Source: an uncultured Clostridia bacterium | GTDB lineage: Bacteria > Bacillota > Clostridia > TANB77 > CAG-508 | Assembly (NCBI GenBank): GCA_947629625.1 | Contig: CANRES010000003.1 | Coordinates: forward strand, 1 to 60,390 | Direction of reading: 5' to 3' | Length of the DNA stretch: 60,390 bases | Shown: piece by piece, positions 37,942 through 48,714 of the stretch | Numbering within the stretch: the stretch's first letter is position 1 | Layout of the letters: every line of letters begins with the position of its first letter | The notes under the pieces: model-generated | Seen by the model: only the letters and a program-made list of their open reading frames with translations | Told to the model about the DNA's origin: nothing | Database searches by the model: none | Position numbers and translations under genes: made by a program

Positions 37942-38919
37942 ATGGGAATAATTGTACAAAAATATGGAGGAAATTTAGTTAAAGATAAAGAAAGTTTGCT
38001 AAAAGTGGCAAATAACATTATAAAAACATACAATAATGGAAATCAAGTTGTTGTTGTTGTTTCTGCACAAGGAAATACTACTGATGAATTAACTAATAAG
38101 ATTTATGAAATAACAAGTATACCAAAGAAAAGGGAAGTAGATGTTGTATTATCTTCTGGTGAACAAATTACAATAGGCCTTTTAAGTATAATATTAAATG
38201 ATTTTGGATATCCCGCAATTAGTTATACAGGTTGGCAAGCAGGTATTAAAACTAACAATGATTATACTAATTCTGTTATAGAAAATATTGATACCAACAT
38301 TATTAAAAAGTCTTTAAATGAAAATAAAATTGTTATTGTTGCTGGTTTTCAAGGTATAACAAATGAAAATGATATAACAACATTGGGTAGAGGTGGTTCA
38401 GATACTACTGCTACTTATCTAGCAACATATTTAAATGCAGATTGTTGTGAAATTTTTAAGGATACTCAATATATTTATAGTGCAGATCCAAAAATGGTTA
38501 AAAATGCTATTAAGTTATCTAATATCAGTTATGACCAAATGTTTTTACTATCAGATTCAGGTGCAAAGGTATTGTGCAATAAATGTATAAATTTTGCAAA
38601 AGATCATAAATTAAATTTAATTGTAAAGTCTGTTGAAGATGGCTCAGTTGGTACAATAATTAGTGATAAGAAGTGTGATAATAATTGTAGAATTGTTGGT
38701 ATTACTAAAAAGCAAGTTTCTGATAATATGGAAAAGATATCAATTGTGTTAAATGATGATAAATTTAATATTCAAGAGGCAGAAGATAAAATTATTGATT
38801 TAGTTAAAACAGAAAAGGAATATACAATAGAAAAAAATGAAGCGGTAATATCTATAATAGTAAATAAATTAATTGCAAAAGATTTGTTAATTAAAATACA
38901 TGATTATTTTATTAATTAA
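37942..38919 (+). CDS. aspartate kinase-like amino-acid kinase (short form, single ACT-like tail)
   Basis: IVQKYGG, VVVVSAQGNTTDEL and LGRGGSDTTA motifs. Only 325 aa. Confidence 0.7.
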   Translation: MGIIVQKYGGNLVKDKESLLKVANNIIKTYNNGNQVVVVVSAQGNTTDELTNKIYEITSIPKKREVDVVLSSGEQITIGLLSIILNDFGYPAISYTGWQAGIKTNNDYTNSVIENIDTNIIKKSLNENKIVIVAGFQGITNENDITTLGRGGSDTTATYLATYLNADCCEIFKDTQYIYSADPKMVKNAIKLSNISYDQMFLLSDSGAKVLCNKCINFAKDHKLNLIVKSVEDGSVGTIISDKKCDNNCRIVGITKKQVSDNMEKISIVLNDDKFNIQEAEDKIIDLVKTEKEYTIEKNEAVISIIVNKLIAKDLLIKIHDYFIN

Positions 38920-38929
38920 ATATTTAGTC

Positions 38930-38966
38930 AAAGTGGTTATTATTTAAGCAATAATAGCCACTTTTT
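38930..38966 (+). terminator. rho-independent terminator
   Basis: 15-bp stem AAAGTGGTTATTATT/AATAATAGCCACTTT followed by TTT. Confidence 0.7.
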
Positions 38967-39045
38967 CTATTTAATATAGTTCTAAAATAGCCAAGTTGTG
39001 AATATATATATTTTATGTAAGTTAAATTTAAAAGGGGGAATATAT

Positions 39046-39348
39046 ATGACAGTTGATGAAAGAAGAAATACAATGTCAAATACAAATATTATACAAAATG
39101 TAATTTTAGAAAATAGAGAAAAATTAAATATTTCAGGTGTTTTAGATGTATTAAGTTTTGATGACCAAATTGTAATTGTTGAAACTGAATTAGGATTATT
39201 AACAGTTAAAGGTGAAAATTTAAGAATTAATAAATTAAGTATAGATACATCAGAGGTTATAATTGAAGGAGAAATGAATGCATTAACATATAGTGAAAAA
39301 GATTTAGATAAGAAATCGGGTAGTTTATTAGGTAAATTATTTAAATAA
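39046..39348 (+). CDS. yabP: sporulation protein YabP
   Basis: ILENREKLNISGVLDVLSFDDQIVIVETELGLLTVKGENLRI pattern. Followed by yabQ and divIC as in Bacillus. Confidence 0.85.
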   Translation: MTVDERRNTMSNTNIIQNVILENREKLNISGVLDVLSFDDQIVIVETELGLLTVKGENLRINKLSIDTSEVIIEGEMNALTYSEKDLDKKSGSLLGKLFK

Positions 39349-39366
39349 TTTCAGGTGGGATGATGT

Positions 39367-39849
39367 ATGTCATTTGATTTATCACAAGGATATTTATTTT
39401 TAATATTTATTTTAGTTGGAATAATAATAGGTGTATTATTCGATTTTTTTAGGATTTTAAGAAAAACATTTGAGACATCAGATTTAATTACTTATTTACA
39501 AGATATTTTATTTTGGATATTATCAGGGATAATATTGATTTATTCTATTTTTGTATTTAACAATGGAGAATTAAGGGCATATATATTTTTAAGTATTTTT
39601 ATAGGAATAATAGCTTATATGCTTACTATTAGTAAATATTTTATAAAATTTAATGTAATTATTTTGACTCAAATAAAAAAATTTATAAGTTTTATTATTA
39701 AAATAATTTCTTATCCAATTAAAATCATATTAAAATTTTTTAAAAAGATTATACAAATTATTATTAAGCCATTTTCATTATTAAAAAGTAAAATTATTGA
39801 ATTTTTTAAAAATAATTTATTAAAAAAGCAAAAAAATATTAATTTATAG
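39367..39849 (+). CDS. yabQ: spore cortex biosynthesis protein YabQ
   Basis: Multi-TM protein in the conserved yabP-yabQ-divIC order. Confidence 0.75.
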   Translation: MSFDLSQGYLFLIFILVGIIIGVLFDFFRILRKTFETSDLITYLQDILFWILSGIILIYSIFVFNNGELRAYIFLSIFIGIIAYMLTISKYFIKFNVIILTQIKKFISFIIKIISYPIKIILKFFKKIIQIIIKPFSLLKSKIIEFFKNNLLKKQKNINL

Positions 39850-39929
39850 AAAAAATTAAAGGATTTTGGTATATATTGTAGAAAATATATATTATATAGA
39901 ATATTTTAAAATTAGAATGGGATTTACGT

Positions 39930-40208
39930 ATGAAGGTATCATTTAAAGTTTTAGTTAAAAGATTGATTGTAATTGGTATATTTGTTTATTTTATATCAAT
40001 TTTTGTAAAACAACAATCAACATTAAATAAATATATATCTCAACAAGAAAATTTAAATCAGGAAATAGAAGAAGAATATGAATACAATGCAACATTAATA
40101 TCAACAAAAGATAATATCAATTCTCCTGAATATATTGAAGAAATTGCAAGAGAAAAGTTAGATATGTATTTACCAAATGAGCGTGTATATGTAGATATAG
40201 GAAAATAA
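39930..40208 (+). CDS. divIC: septum formation initiator (DivIC/FtsB family)
   Basis: Single TM + coiled coil + YIEEIAREKLDMYLPNE. Confidence 0.75.
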   Translation: MKVSFKVLVKRLIVIGIFVYFISIFVKQQSTLNKYISQQENLNQEIEEEYEYNATLISTKDNINSPEYIEEIAREKLDMYLPNERVYVDIGK

Positions 40209-40245
40209 AAGCCATAAAATTTTAAAAAGTTTTATGGTTTTTAAT
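40209..40245 (+). terminator. rho-independent terminator
   Basis: Stem CCATAAAA/TTTTATGG followed by a T-run. Confidence 0.55.
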
Positions 40246-40373
40246 ATTTTTTGTAAAAATTTCTTTATTTTTTCCTAAAAATATGTTATTATATAAATAT
40301 AACATTTCTAAAATTTTCCAATATGATGTTAATAAAATTAAAATAATTAATATAGAGGGGGCTTATTATATAT

Positions 40374-41708
40374 ATGGATAACCTAGAAAATTGCACATTA
40401 ATTGAATTAAAAGAATTAGCAAAACAAAACGGATTAAAAAATATATCAAAACTAAAAAAAGAAGAAATAATTGATATGTTAAAAAATATAAATAATTCAG
40501 AAGAATTAGATGAAAAATTAAATGAAGATACAATAAAAAATGAAGTATTATCAGATAATCAAAATGGATATAAAATTACTAATGCTGATGATGAAATAGT
40601 AGAAGGAATATTAGAGGTATTACCTGATGGATATGGTTTTTTAAGAGGAGATAACTATTTACCAAGTCCAAAAGATGTATATATTTCTCCTATACAAATT
40701 AAGAGATTTAAACTTGCTACAGGTGATAAAATAAAAGGTATTTCTAGAATGCCAAAAGAGGGAGAAAAATTCCCTGCTTTAATATTTGTAGGTGAAGTAA
40801 ATGGAGAATCACCTGAAATTGCTGCAAAAAGAAAATCTTTTGATGATTTAACACCAATTCACCCAGAAGAAAGATTACGTTTAGAAACAAATCCTAGTGA
40901 ATTTTCAATGAGAATTATAGATTTAATGTCACCAATAGGAAAAGGGCAAAGGGGAATGATAGTTGCTCCACCAAAAGTTGGTAAAACAACTCTTTTAAAG
41001 AAAATTGCAAATAGTATTACAACAAATAATCCAGAGGTAGAACTTATTGTTCTATTAATCGATGAAAGACCAGAAGAAGTAACAGATATGAAAAGGTCTA
41101 TTAAAGGTGATGTTATATATTCTACATTTGATGAATTACCAGAACATCATATTAAGGTTGCTGAAATGGTTTTAGAAAGAGCAAAAAGATTAACAGAGCA
41201 AAAGAAGGATGTTGTAATTTTATTAGATAGTATTACTAGACTTGCAAGAGCATATAACTTAGTAATTCCATCTTCTGGTAGAACTTTATCTGGTGGGTTA
41301 GACCCTAATGCTTTACATAAACCTAAAAGATTTTTTGGTGCTGCTAGAAATATTGAATTTGGTGGAAGTTTAACAATTCTTGCAACTGCTTTAATTGAAA
41401 CAGGTAGTAAGATGGATGATGTTATTTTTGAGGAGTTTAAAGGTACAGGTAATATGGAAGTTCACTTAGATAGAAAATTGTCTGAAAAGAGAATTTTCCC
41501 TGCAATTGATATTAATAAATCTGGTACAAGACGTGAGGAAAAACTTTTAACTCCAAAAGAATTAGAAACTGTTTTTGCTTTAAGAAAGGCTATGTCAAGT
41601 ATGCCAGTTTCAGAGGTTACTGAACAATTAATAAGTCAAATGGTTGCTACTAAGTCTAATAAAGATTTCTTGGAAAGAATGGAAGTTTTTTTAAAACAAT
41701 TTAAATAA
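40374..41708 (+). CDS. rho: transcription termination factor Rho
   Basis: Rho_N ([13 protein letters not shown]), RNA-binding domain, Walker [12 protein letters not shown]. Confidence 0.95.
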   Translation: MDNLENCTLIELKELAKQNGLKNISKLKKEEIIDMLKNINNSEELDEKLNEDTIKNEVLSDNQNGYKITNADDEIVEGILEVLPDGYGFLRGDNYLPSPKDVYISPIQIKRFKLATGDKIKGISRMPKEGEKFPALIFVGEVNGESPEIAAKRKSFDDLTPIHPEERLRLETNPSEFSMRIIDLMSPIGKGQRGMIVAPPKVGKTTLLKKIANSITTNNPEVELIVLLIDERPEEVTDMKRSIKGDVIYSTFDELPEHHIKVAEMVLERAKRLTEQKKDVVILLDSITRLARAYNLVIPSSGRTLSGGLDPNALHKPKRFFGAARNIEFGGSLTILATALIETGSKMDDVIFEEFKGTGNMEVHLDRKLSEKRIFPAIDINKSGTRREEKLLTPKELETVFALRKAMSSMPVSEVTEQLISQMVATKSNKDFLERMEVFLKQFK

Positions 41709-41714
41709 AATTAA

Positions 41715-41760
41715 TAAGGAGAATTTATATTTTATATAATTTCTCCTTTATATATTTTTT
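41715..41760 (+). terminator. rho-independent terminator after rho
   Basis: Stem AAGGAGAA..TTCTCCTT extended by an AT stem, followed by a T-run. Confidence 0.65.
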
Positions 41761-41923
41761 ATTGAACATATAGGAGAGTGAGTATTTTGTTAGATATTTC
41801 TTTTTTATAACATTGCACAAAATAAAAGTTTTGCGCAAATAGGAGTAGGAATAAAACCAAATATTCATAAATTACTGCTATATCTTACTATTAGCCACTT
41901 TAATCTAGTTATCTCTTTATATA

Positions 41924-41979
41924 TTAAACAACAAGTTATATTACTTTAATATAAAAATGTCTTATATTTGATTTTAGAG
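41924..41979 (+). repeat. left 16-bp inverted repeat + iteron copy A
   Basis: TTAAACAACAAGTTAT (41924-39) is the exact reverse complement of 42313-42328. Iteron copy A, ATAAAAATGTCTTATATTTGATTTTAGAG, is at 41951-79. Confidence 0.6.
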
Positions 41980-42155
41980 TCTTGTTATTTTAAGCTTATT
42001 ATAATTTTTTCTTAATATTACATGTAATTATATTTTTTATATATTAAATTTTAATTTTTTATATTTGTATTTTAAAAAAATTATTAAAAATCTGTAAATG
42101 TTTATATTTCAATATTTTTCATAATTTTTGAGATATATAACTATATGTCTTTTTT

Positions 42156-42205
42156 ATAAAAATGGCTTAAAATCGATTCTGGCGCGTCGTTTTTTGGGCG
42201 ATTTT
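42156..42205 (+). repeat. iteron copy B (GC-enriched variant)
   Basis: ATAAAAATGGCTTAAAATCGATTCTGGCGCGTCGTTTTTTGGGCGATTTT. Confidence 0.5.
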
Positions 42206-42312
42206 TAAAAATTATTTATAAGACTATATAAACACAAGTAATTTCAACATTTTTATTAAAAATTATTAGTTCATAATATAATTAAGTTTTAATTATAAAA
42301 TTATTTAAACGA

Positions 42313-42360
42313 ATAACTTGTTGTTTAAAATATAAAAATGTCTTAAAATTGATTTTAAGG
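42313..42360 (+). repeat. right 16-bp inverted repeat + iteron copy C with an 8-2-8 palindrome
   Basis: ATAACTTGTTGTTTAA, then ATAAAAATGTCTTAAAATTGATTTTAAGG. Palindrome arms CTTAAAAT/ATTTTAAG lie at 42342-42359. Confidence 0.6.
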
Positions 42361-42667
42361 CTTTATAAAATGAAATTATTTTATAATATTATAATTAGAA
42401 ATTTATTTTTAATATTGTTTAAAATATTTAGCAAAATTAAATTTAAATTTGTAAAAATTTTAATTATAACAAATGTTCGGTTTCAAAATTTAATATTTCT
42501 GCATAGCTTTCTACATCTTCTTTTAGTGCTATCATACTATGAATACTATTTACATAATATTCTTTTTTATTTATTAAATTATACAACATAGTTCCTTCTA
42601 TTACATATATTTTATGTCTATAATCTTATTTCTTGTTTTGCTCCTACAAATTAGTTTATTTAATTAC

Positions 42668-43735
42668 TTATAATTTTTTATCTGATAACAAATTTATTAA
42701 TCTAATATTTTTATATATTTTTTCTCTTCCAATTTTTTCAGATTTTAAAAGTCCAATTTCTTCTAACTGATTTAAGTAAGATGATGCAGTTAATCTTGTA
42801 ACACCACAAGTTTTCTCAATATAAGAAATTTTAGTATAAACTTCATAGAATAAACCTTCCAATAATTCTTTTGAATATATTTTAGGTAGTTTTGCTTTAA
42901 ATTCTTCTTTATATTTTTTAATTTCGTTTTGAATGTTTTCTATTAATTTAATTGTTTCTATAGATGTAATTTCGATGCCTTTTAAAATATATAAAATCCA
43001 ATCTTCAAAATTATTATTGTTTCTAACTTCACTAAATAATCTATAATATTCTTGTTTTGTTTGATTTATATATTTACTTAAATATAAAATAGGACTATCT
43101 ATTAGTTTGTTCAATACTAGATATAAAATATTTAAAATTCTTCCCGTTCTTCCATTTCCATCATAAAAAGGATGTATACTTTCAAACTGATAATGTATTA
43201 AACATACTTTTATTAATGGATCTATATTATCTTTATCATCATTAATGAAATCTTCTAAATTTTTTAAATATTCTATTATTTCTTGTTCATTTTGAGGAGG
43301 AGTATAAATAGTTTCTCCAGTAATTGAATTTTTAAGTTCAGTTCCTGGTAACTTTCTAATTCCATCATTATTGTGTTCAATAATACCTTGTATTCTAATG
43401 ATTGTATTTGTATTAATATAACCATCTTTTTTTATTTGTTCAAATCCACTCCAAATAGCATTTCTATAATCAACAACCTCTTTAGCATTTTCTTCTTTAT
43501 AACCACTTTCTGTAAGAACTTTATAAATGTCATCGTGAGTTGTAACTATGTTTTCAATAGCACTACTATCCTTAGCTTCATTTATAGTTACAGCATTAAT
43601 TAAAATATGCATATTTGGAATAGTATTTGCATATCCTTTTAATTCTGCTAATGCTCTTGAAGAAATGGTTAATTGTTCTAAAATTTTTTTAGTTTTTAAA
43701 TCAACATTTTTATATGGTAACATTTCTAATTTCAT
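42668..43735 (-). CDS. class II Fic-domain protein (AMPylase-type) with C-terminal wHTH-like region
   Basis: Fic motif HPFYDGNGRTGR. N-terminal inhibitory motif SSAIEN ((S/T)xxxE(G/N)). Confidence 0.88.
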   Translation of the reverse strand: MKLEMLPYKNVDLKTKKILEQLTISSRALAELKGYANTIPNMHILINAVTINEAKDSSAIENIVTTHDDIYKVLTESGYKEENAKEVVDYRNAIWSGFEQIKKDGYINTNTIIRIQGIIEHNNDGIRKLPGTELKNSITGETIYTPPQNEQEIIEYLKNLEDFINDDKDNIDPLIKVCLIHYQFESIHPFYDGNGRTGRILNILYLVLNKLIDSPILYLSKYINQTKQEYYRLFSEVRNNNNFEDWILYILKGIEITSIETIKLIENIQNEIKKYKEEFKAKLPKIYSKELLEGLFYEVYTKISYIEKTCGVTRLTASSYLNQLEEIGLLKSEKIGREKIYKNIRLINLLSDKKL

Positions 43736-43755
43736 TTTTTACCTCCGTTATATAT

Positions 43756-43784
43756 AAAATATCATAAATTTTATATATTTTCAA
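43756..43784 (-). promoter_or_regulatory. promoter of fic (TTGAAA-17-TGaTATTTT)
   Basis: Lies in a 32-nt block (43754-43785) that matches 48627-48658 at 30/32. Confidence 0.5.
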
Positions 43785-43933
43785 TAAATATGTATAAAAA
43801 ATCAAAAAAATTATACATATTTTTGAAATATGTATAATTTTTATTTATTTCAGAGATTAAATTTTATCTATATTTGTTTCTCTTTTTTATACTTAAAATA
43901 AGTTATTCATATTTTCTCCTTTGAAAAGTTATA

Positions 43934-45055
43934 TTAATTTTCCGTTATAGTCCAATTTTGTCCATTGTCTACACTTACAAATTTATAGTAATTTCCATCT
44001 GTACTTCCTACTTCTCTTGGAGCAAATAATACTATTGTTAATTTTTCATTAGATAAAATAGGTAAATCTTGAATATAAAATGCAGTATCTTTAATATCTT
44101 CAGGAAAGACAAAATTTGTTGCTTTAAAACTTTCACCACCATCTACTGTAACTAGAAGTGAATTATTTTTTTGACCTAATATAAACATACTATTGTTATT
44201 TATAAATCCTACATTTTCATTAATAAAAGTGATTTGTGCTTCATTGTTTACTAATATATATGCATCTTTACTTTTAATTTGATTTTGCCATGTTTCTCCA
44301 CCATTTGTTGTTTTTTGAATCTCAATTCCCATTTTTCCGCCTAACGAGTTACCAACTGTTCCTACTCTTATAATTGTATAATCGTTTATTATCTTTTCAT
44401 ATATAAGATTTTCTTCTGAAATTTTCTCAAATTTTTCAGTATTTTCAGTATCTTCAAGTCCAGTCATATCATTATAGTTATCATTTGATATTGTATTTTC
44501 TCTATTATATATTTCTTTTTCTGACTTTTCTTGTTCACTTTGTAGAGGATCATATGAACCATTATAGTGTTCCGTAAATTTTACTTCATTTCCCATTATA
44601 AAGAAATTAATATACTTATAATAATCTACTTTTGTATCCAGCCACATAGTGTTTACATTAGCAACATATTTTTTGCCTTCTTTTTCAACTACATGTTCAT
44701 AATTAGGAATTATGTAGTCAGTGTTACTATCTATCATTAATAACATAAATAAAATAATTAATAATACACATGGCCAAAATATAATTCCTGATAAAATGAA
44801 TGGACCAATAATTATACTTGCATATTTAAAAAATTTCTCTTTATATATTTTTATTTTAGAATACAATATCTGTAATAATTTAATAAATATTCCAATTAAA
44901 GATATTGAAATAATTGTTACATATACCCATTTCCTAAATTTTATATGTACTAATTCAAGCAAAAAATGTAAAATAGTAAGCACTATTAGTAAAATAATTG
45001 AATATAAACAGATATGCTTGTTAAATTCTTTTATAGTATTTTTTACTTTTTCCAT
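43934..45055 (-). CDS. membrane protein with C-terminal BNR/Asp-box-like repeats
   Basis: Three to four N-terminal TM helices. Repeats TTNGGETW, TVDGGESF and SVDNGQNW. Confidence 0.6.
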   Translation of the reverse strand: MEKVKNTIKEFNKHICLYSIILLIVLTILHFLLELVHIKFRKWVYVTIISISLIGIFIKLLQILYSKIKIYKEKFFKYASIIIGPFILSGIIFWPCVLLIILFMLLMIDSNTDYIIPNYEHVVEKEGKKYVANVNTMWLDTKVDYYKYINFFIMGNEVKFTEHYNGSYDPLQSEQEKSEKEIYNRENTISNDNYNDMTGLEDTENTEKFEKISEENLIYEKIINDYTIIRVGTVGNSLGGKMGIEIQKTTNGGETWQNQIKSKDAYILVNNEAQITFINENVGFINNNSMFILGQKNNSLLVTVDGGESFKATNFVFPEDIKDTAFYIQDLPILSNEKLTIVLFAPREVGSTDGNYYKFVSVDNGQNWTITEN

Positions 45056-45194
45056 TGTATTCTCCTTAAAATTATTTTTTATCTAGTTTATATTATAAAA
45101 GTTTTATGTAAAATTTGTAATTATAATAATTTGTCTACATTTCTTATAAAAATTACGCTTTCAATTAAATCAATTATTGAATATATTACCATTA

Positions 45195-45404
45195 TTATAC
45201 CAAATTATAAAAATCATATTTTCCCTTTGATAAAAAATAATCTATGCTCTTAATAATTCCTATTACAATAAATATTCCACCTAAAATATAAGATATAATT
45301 TTAATTGCTAAATCAGTTTTCATTATCATAAATATACCAATTATAGCAAACACTATAGATACTAATATATCTATCCAACCTGATTTTTTTAAAAAATTCT
45401 TCAT
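45195..45404 (-). CDS. DUF308 (HdeD-like) small membrane protein
   Basis: MKNFLKKSGWIDILVSIVFAIIGIFMI.. pattern. ATG follows GGAGGA. Confidence 0.6.
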   Translation of the reverse strand: MKNFLKKSGWIDILVSIVFAIIGIFMIMKTDLAIKIISYILGGIFIVIGIIKSIDYFLSKGKYDFYNLV

Positions 45405-45405
45405 T

Positions 45406-46308
45406 TTATTTTCCTCCAAAATCAATATTTATTAATTCATATTTTGTTGTTCCAAGTCCAATTTCTTCTGCATAAGGTAATATATGTCTTCCTAATTGGC
45501 GATCTATTCTTTCTCTTAATAAATGTGCTCCTTTATCATTTGAAGCCCAAATCATATCAATAAATGCTTGATCATTTGCTACTGGATCTAACGATGCTAC
45601 TATTCCTAAATCTGACATAACAGGGTCTGATTGGTGTGCATCACAATCGCAATCAACTGATAAAAAATTCATTACTGTTATATAAACAATTTTTTTATTG
45701 TTTGCTTCAAAATAATCTGAAACTGCTTTTGCTGATTCTGCCATCGCTTCAATAAAATCTTTTTGCTTAGGTAGTTTTTCCCATAATTCATCTGGATTTT
45801 CTGTTGCACCTGCCGTATGAATATATGCTTTACCATTTCTTGAAGCAACACCTATTGATTGATTTTTTAAGTTCGCTCCAAATCCACCCATAGCATGACC
45901 TTTACCATGTGCTAAATTTATCATTGCATCATACCTATCTAAATGTGTTCCAACTAAATCATATTTTAAATGTTTGCCATTATTTACTGGTATTTTCATT
46001 TCTCCATCTGCATCCATAATATCTACATCAGCATAAGATGTAAAACCATGTTTTTCTGCTACTTTAATATGGTCTTCTGCAGTATTTCTTTTACCATCAT
46101 AAGCAGTATTACATTCAATAATAGTTCCATTTAATTTTTTTACTAATGGTCCAATTAAATCTGCTTTTAAATACCCCTTTGCTCCATCTTCTCCAGTTGA
46201 TACTTTTACTCCAATTTTTTCTTTTAAATCAACTCCAAGAGCCTCATATATTTTTATTAAATTTTCAGATGTAATATTTTTTGTATAATAAACTTTTACT
46301 TTTTCCAT
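45406..46308 (-). CDS. DUF362-domain protein
   Basis: VKVSTGE..IIECNTAY..INLAHGKGHAMGGFGANLKN pattern, typical of DUF362. Confidence 0.65.
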   Translation of the reverse strand: MEKVKVYYTKNITSENLIKIYEALGVDLKEKIGVKVSTGEDGAKGYLKADLIGPLVKKLNGTIIECNTAYDGKRNTAEDHIKVAEKHGFTSYADVDIMDADGEMKIPVNNGKHLKYDLVGTHLDRYDAMINLAHGKGHAMGGFGANLKNQSIGVASRNGKAYIHTAGATENPDELWEKLPKQKDFIEAMAESAKAVSDYFEANNKKIVYITVMNFLSVDCDCDAHQSDPVMSDLGIVASLDPVANDQAFIDMIWASNDKGAHLLRERIDRQLGRHILPYAEEIGLGTTKYELINIDFGGK

Positions 46309-46335
46309 AATTTTACTTTCCTTTCTTTATAAATA

Positions 46336-48531
46336 TTATTTTATTTTACCTAAAATTATATGACATGTTCTTTTTATAAAATCCTCATAATTGTTTAAAA
46401 TTACTGAATTTTCAAAATTGTCTTTAATCTTATCTGAATAATTTAATAAATCCTTATCTTTAATTACAGATTTATAGTAATTAGCATAATCTTTATCATT
46501 TATATAATGATAATTAGATTCTTTTTCTTTTAATTTAAGTAATACAAACAATGTTTTATCAGGCGTATGCATAAATGAATCAGGATTATCTGCTGATAAT
46601 TTAATATATTTATTTAAATTATGTTCAGATATTATATCATATCTAGAAAATTCTCCACCTTTTTTATAATATGGAATTTTATCAAATGTAATAAAAATTT
46701 GAAAATAAGGTATATTATTTGCTCTAATATTCGCTGTTTCTCCTAACATATTTTCAAAATAGTTATTACTATTTTGTGAATAATTTCTCATAACAAATTT
46801 TATAGCATATCCTGCAATAGATTTGCCTTTATATTTTACAGTAATATCAATTTTTTTAGGATAATATCTACCATCAATACAAACCTCTTTATCTTCTTTA
46901 TATCCTTGTGCATTAATTATAAAGTCAGAACCCAATTTTTCCTTTAAATCTTCTGCTATACTTCCATGTAATGTTTTTAATTTTGCCGTACTTCTTGAAG
47001 TACCAACTGATAAATATGTATAAAATGAATCTCTTATTACATCTAAAAATTGTTCATTATTCAATATTGTAGCCTCCTTCCCTAATTTATAATCTAAATA
47101 AAATTTTACATCCTTTGATGAAAAAGTATAATAACCTCCACTTTTATATTTACCTAATAAATAAATATAATCTTCAAATTCTTTATCAAATAGTGCTTCT
47201 TTAATTTTCTCTTTTGGAATTTTATCACTTATAATATATAATCCACTATATATACCTTTTCCCTTTTCAACATCAATAATTTTTAAATCATTTAAATCTT
47301 TGATTATAGTATTAATTGAAATTTTATCCTTATAAGTATCATTTATTGCTTGTGTACGACCATAAGCAAACCAACATGAGCTATCTTTATTTTCGGAACT
47401 TCTTTTATCTAAATCTGATTTTTTTGAAATTAAATAATTATATAATTTTTTATCTTTTTTTAACTCTTCTTCTGTTATTAATTTAGATTCCTTATTATAT
47501 GGATAAAATGCTTTTGTCCACTTTCCCCTGGATGCTTTTAGAGCAGGTATAATATAATCTGAATCAAAATCAAAATTGTTAAAAAATATATTATCTGCTA
47601 ATGTTGCATATCCATTTTTTATTGAAATATCAGTTTTTTTCATATTATATATTATTTTTTTCAATAATTCTAATTTTTCTTTTTTAGCAAAATAAAAATT
47701 TTTATTTATATAATAATCAGATATATTAATTGATTCTACAAAATATGGTTTTAAATTTTTTTGATTAAATTCGTAGTAATCAACATGATCAAATTTTTTT
47801 GATTTATTTAGTGTAACTATTGTTGTATATGTAATAGAATAAAAAGGTTGAAAATGTTTTAAATCACATAAACATTCTAGTAATTTGTTATCAATAATGT
47901 AATTTCTCATTATACTTCCTGCAATGCTTGTAAAAAATGATGAAGGTGTAATATAAGTTAATATTCCTGTATCATTTAACATTTTAATTCCAATTTCATA
48001 AAATACTATATATAAGTCAGTCATACCTGCATTACCAAAATCAAAACTTTTTACTGTTGAAGATTCTTCATCTAGATTATGTACTCTTACATAAGGTGGA
48101 TTACCAATAACAAAATCCATCTTTCCATTAAATTTTTTACATTTTAATGCATCTGTATTTATAAAATCCCAATTAACTGTTTCTTTTATTCCATACATTT
48201 TAGCAACTTTATTGCATCTTTTAATGCATGTATCTAATTCTTCTTTTTCTATTTCTATTGCATGAATATAAGTTTCGAGTTCTATTTTTAATTGATTTAA
48301 ATCAGTTGAATTTTTTAAAAAGTCTTTACAATATCTATCGACAATATATATCATAAATTGTCCGTCGCCACAACTATTATCAATTACATTTTTTTTATTT
48401 ATATTTCCTAGCACATACTTTCCTTGATCCAGTATATCTTCCACAAGATAATCTGGTGTAAAAATTTTTCCTTTATGTTTTATTTTTATAAATTCATCAG
48501 TTGTTTTTTTATATGTTTGTGTTTTTTTCAT
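46336..48531 (-). CDS. fused N6-adenine DNA methyltransferase / putative restriction endonuclease (type IIG/IIC-like)
   Basis: Motif [10 protein letters not shown], motif IV GNPPYV, TaqI-C-like target-recognition region. The C-terminal ~230 aa has a PD-(D/E)xK-like KIDITV...YAIKFV. Confidence 0.75.
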   Translation of the reverse strand: MKKTQTYKKTTDEFIKIKHKGKIFTPDYLVEDILDQGKYVLGNINKKNVIDNSCGDGQFMIYIVDRYCKDFLKNSTDLNQLKIELETYIHAIEIEKEELDTCIKRCNKVAKMYGIKETVNWDFINTDALKCKKFNGKMDFVIGNPPYVRVHNLDEESSTVKSFDFGNAGMTDLYIVFYEIGIKMLNDTGILTYITPSSFFTSIAGSIMRNYIIDNKLLECLCDLKHFQPFYSITYTTIVTLNKSKKFDHVDYYEFNQKNLKPYFVESINISDYYINKNFYFAKKEKLELLKKIIYNMKKTDISIKNGYATLADNIFFNNFDFDSDYIIPALKASRGKWTKAFYPYNKESKLITEEELKKDKKLYNYLISKKSDLDKRSSENKDSSCWFAYGRTQAINDTYKDKISINTIIKDLNDLKIIDVEKGKGIYSGLYIISDKIPKEKIKEALFDKEFEDYIYLLGKYKSGGYYTFSSKDVKFYLDYKLGKEATILNNEQFLDVIRDSFYTYLSVGTSRSTAKLKTLHGSIAEDLKEKLGSDFIINAQGYKEDKEVCIDGRYYPKKIDITVKYKGKSIAGYAIKFVMRNYSQNSNNYFENMLGETANIRANNIPYFQIFITFDKIPYYKKGGEFSRYDIISEHNLNKYIKLSADNPDSFMHTPDKTLFVLLKLKEKESNYHYINDKDYANYYKSVIKDKDLLNYSDKIKDNFENSVILNNYEDFIKRTCHIILGKIK

Positions 48532-48628
48532 TATATTCTCCTAATTATTAGTACATTTTTCTATTATATCAGTATTTAAATATAAAATTTTATTAATTCA
48601 ATTTATTATATATAAATTTATATAATAT

Positions 48629-48657
48629 AAAATATCATAAAATTAATATATTTTCAA
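48629..48657 (-). promoter_or_regulatory. promoter of the MTase-nuclease gene (TTGAAA-17-TGaTATTTT)
   Basis: Same 32-nt block as upstream of fic. Confidence 0.5.
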
Positions 48658-48714
48658 TGATTAATTATAAGATTTTAAATTAAATTTATATTTTATTTAT
48701 TAATTATTAATCAT

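Noticed and set aside
41900-42400. Possible CRISPR array or leader, given the repeated ATAAAAATGTCTTA... motif.
   Set aside because: Only three copies, spaced ~205 and ~176 bp apart. The copies are imperfect and no cas genes are present, so this is not CRISPR architecture.
42349-42591. 80-aa ORF in the rho-fic intergenic region.
   Set aside because: TTG start, no RBS, and an Ile/Leu/Phe/Asn-only composition in nearly pure AT sequence.
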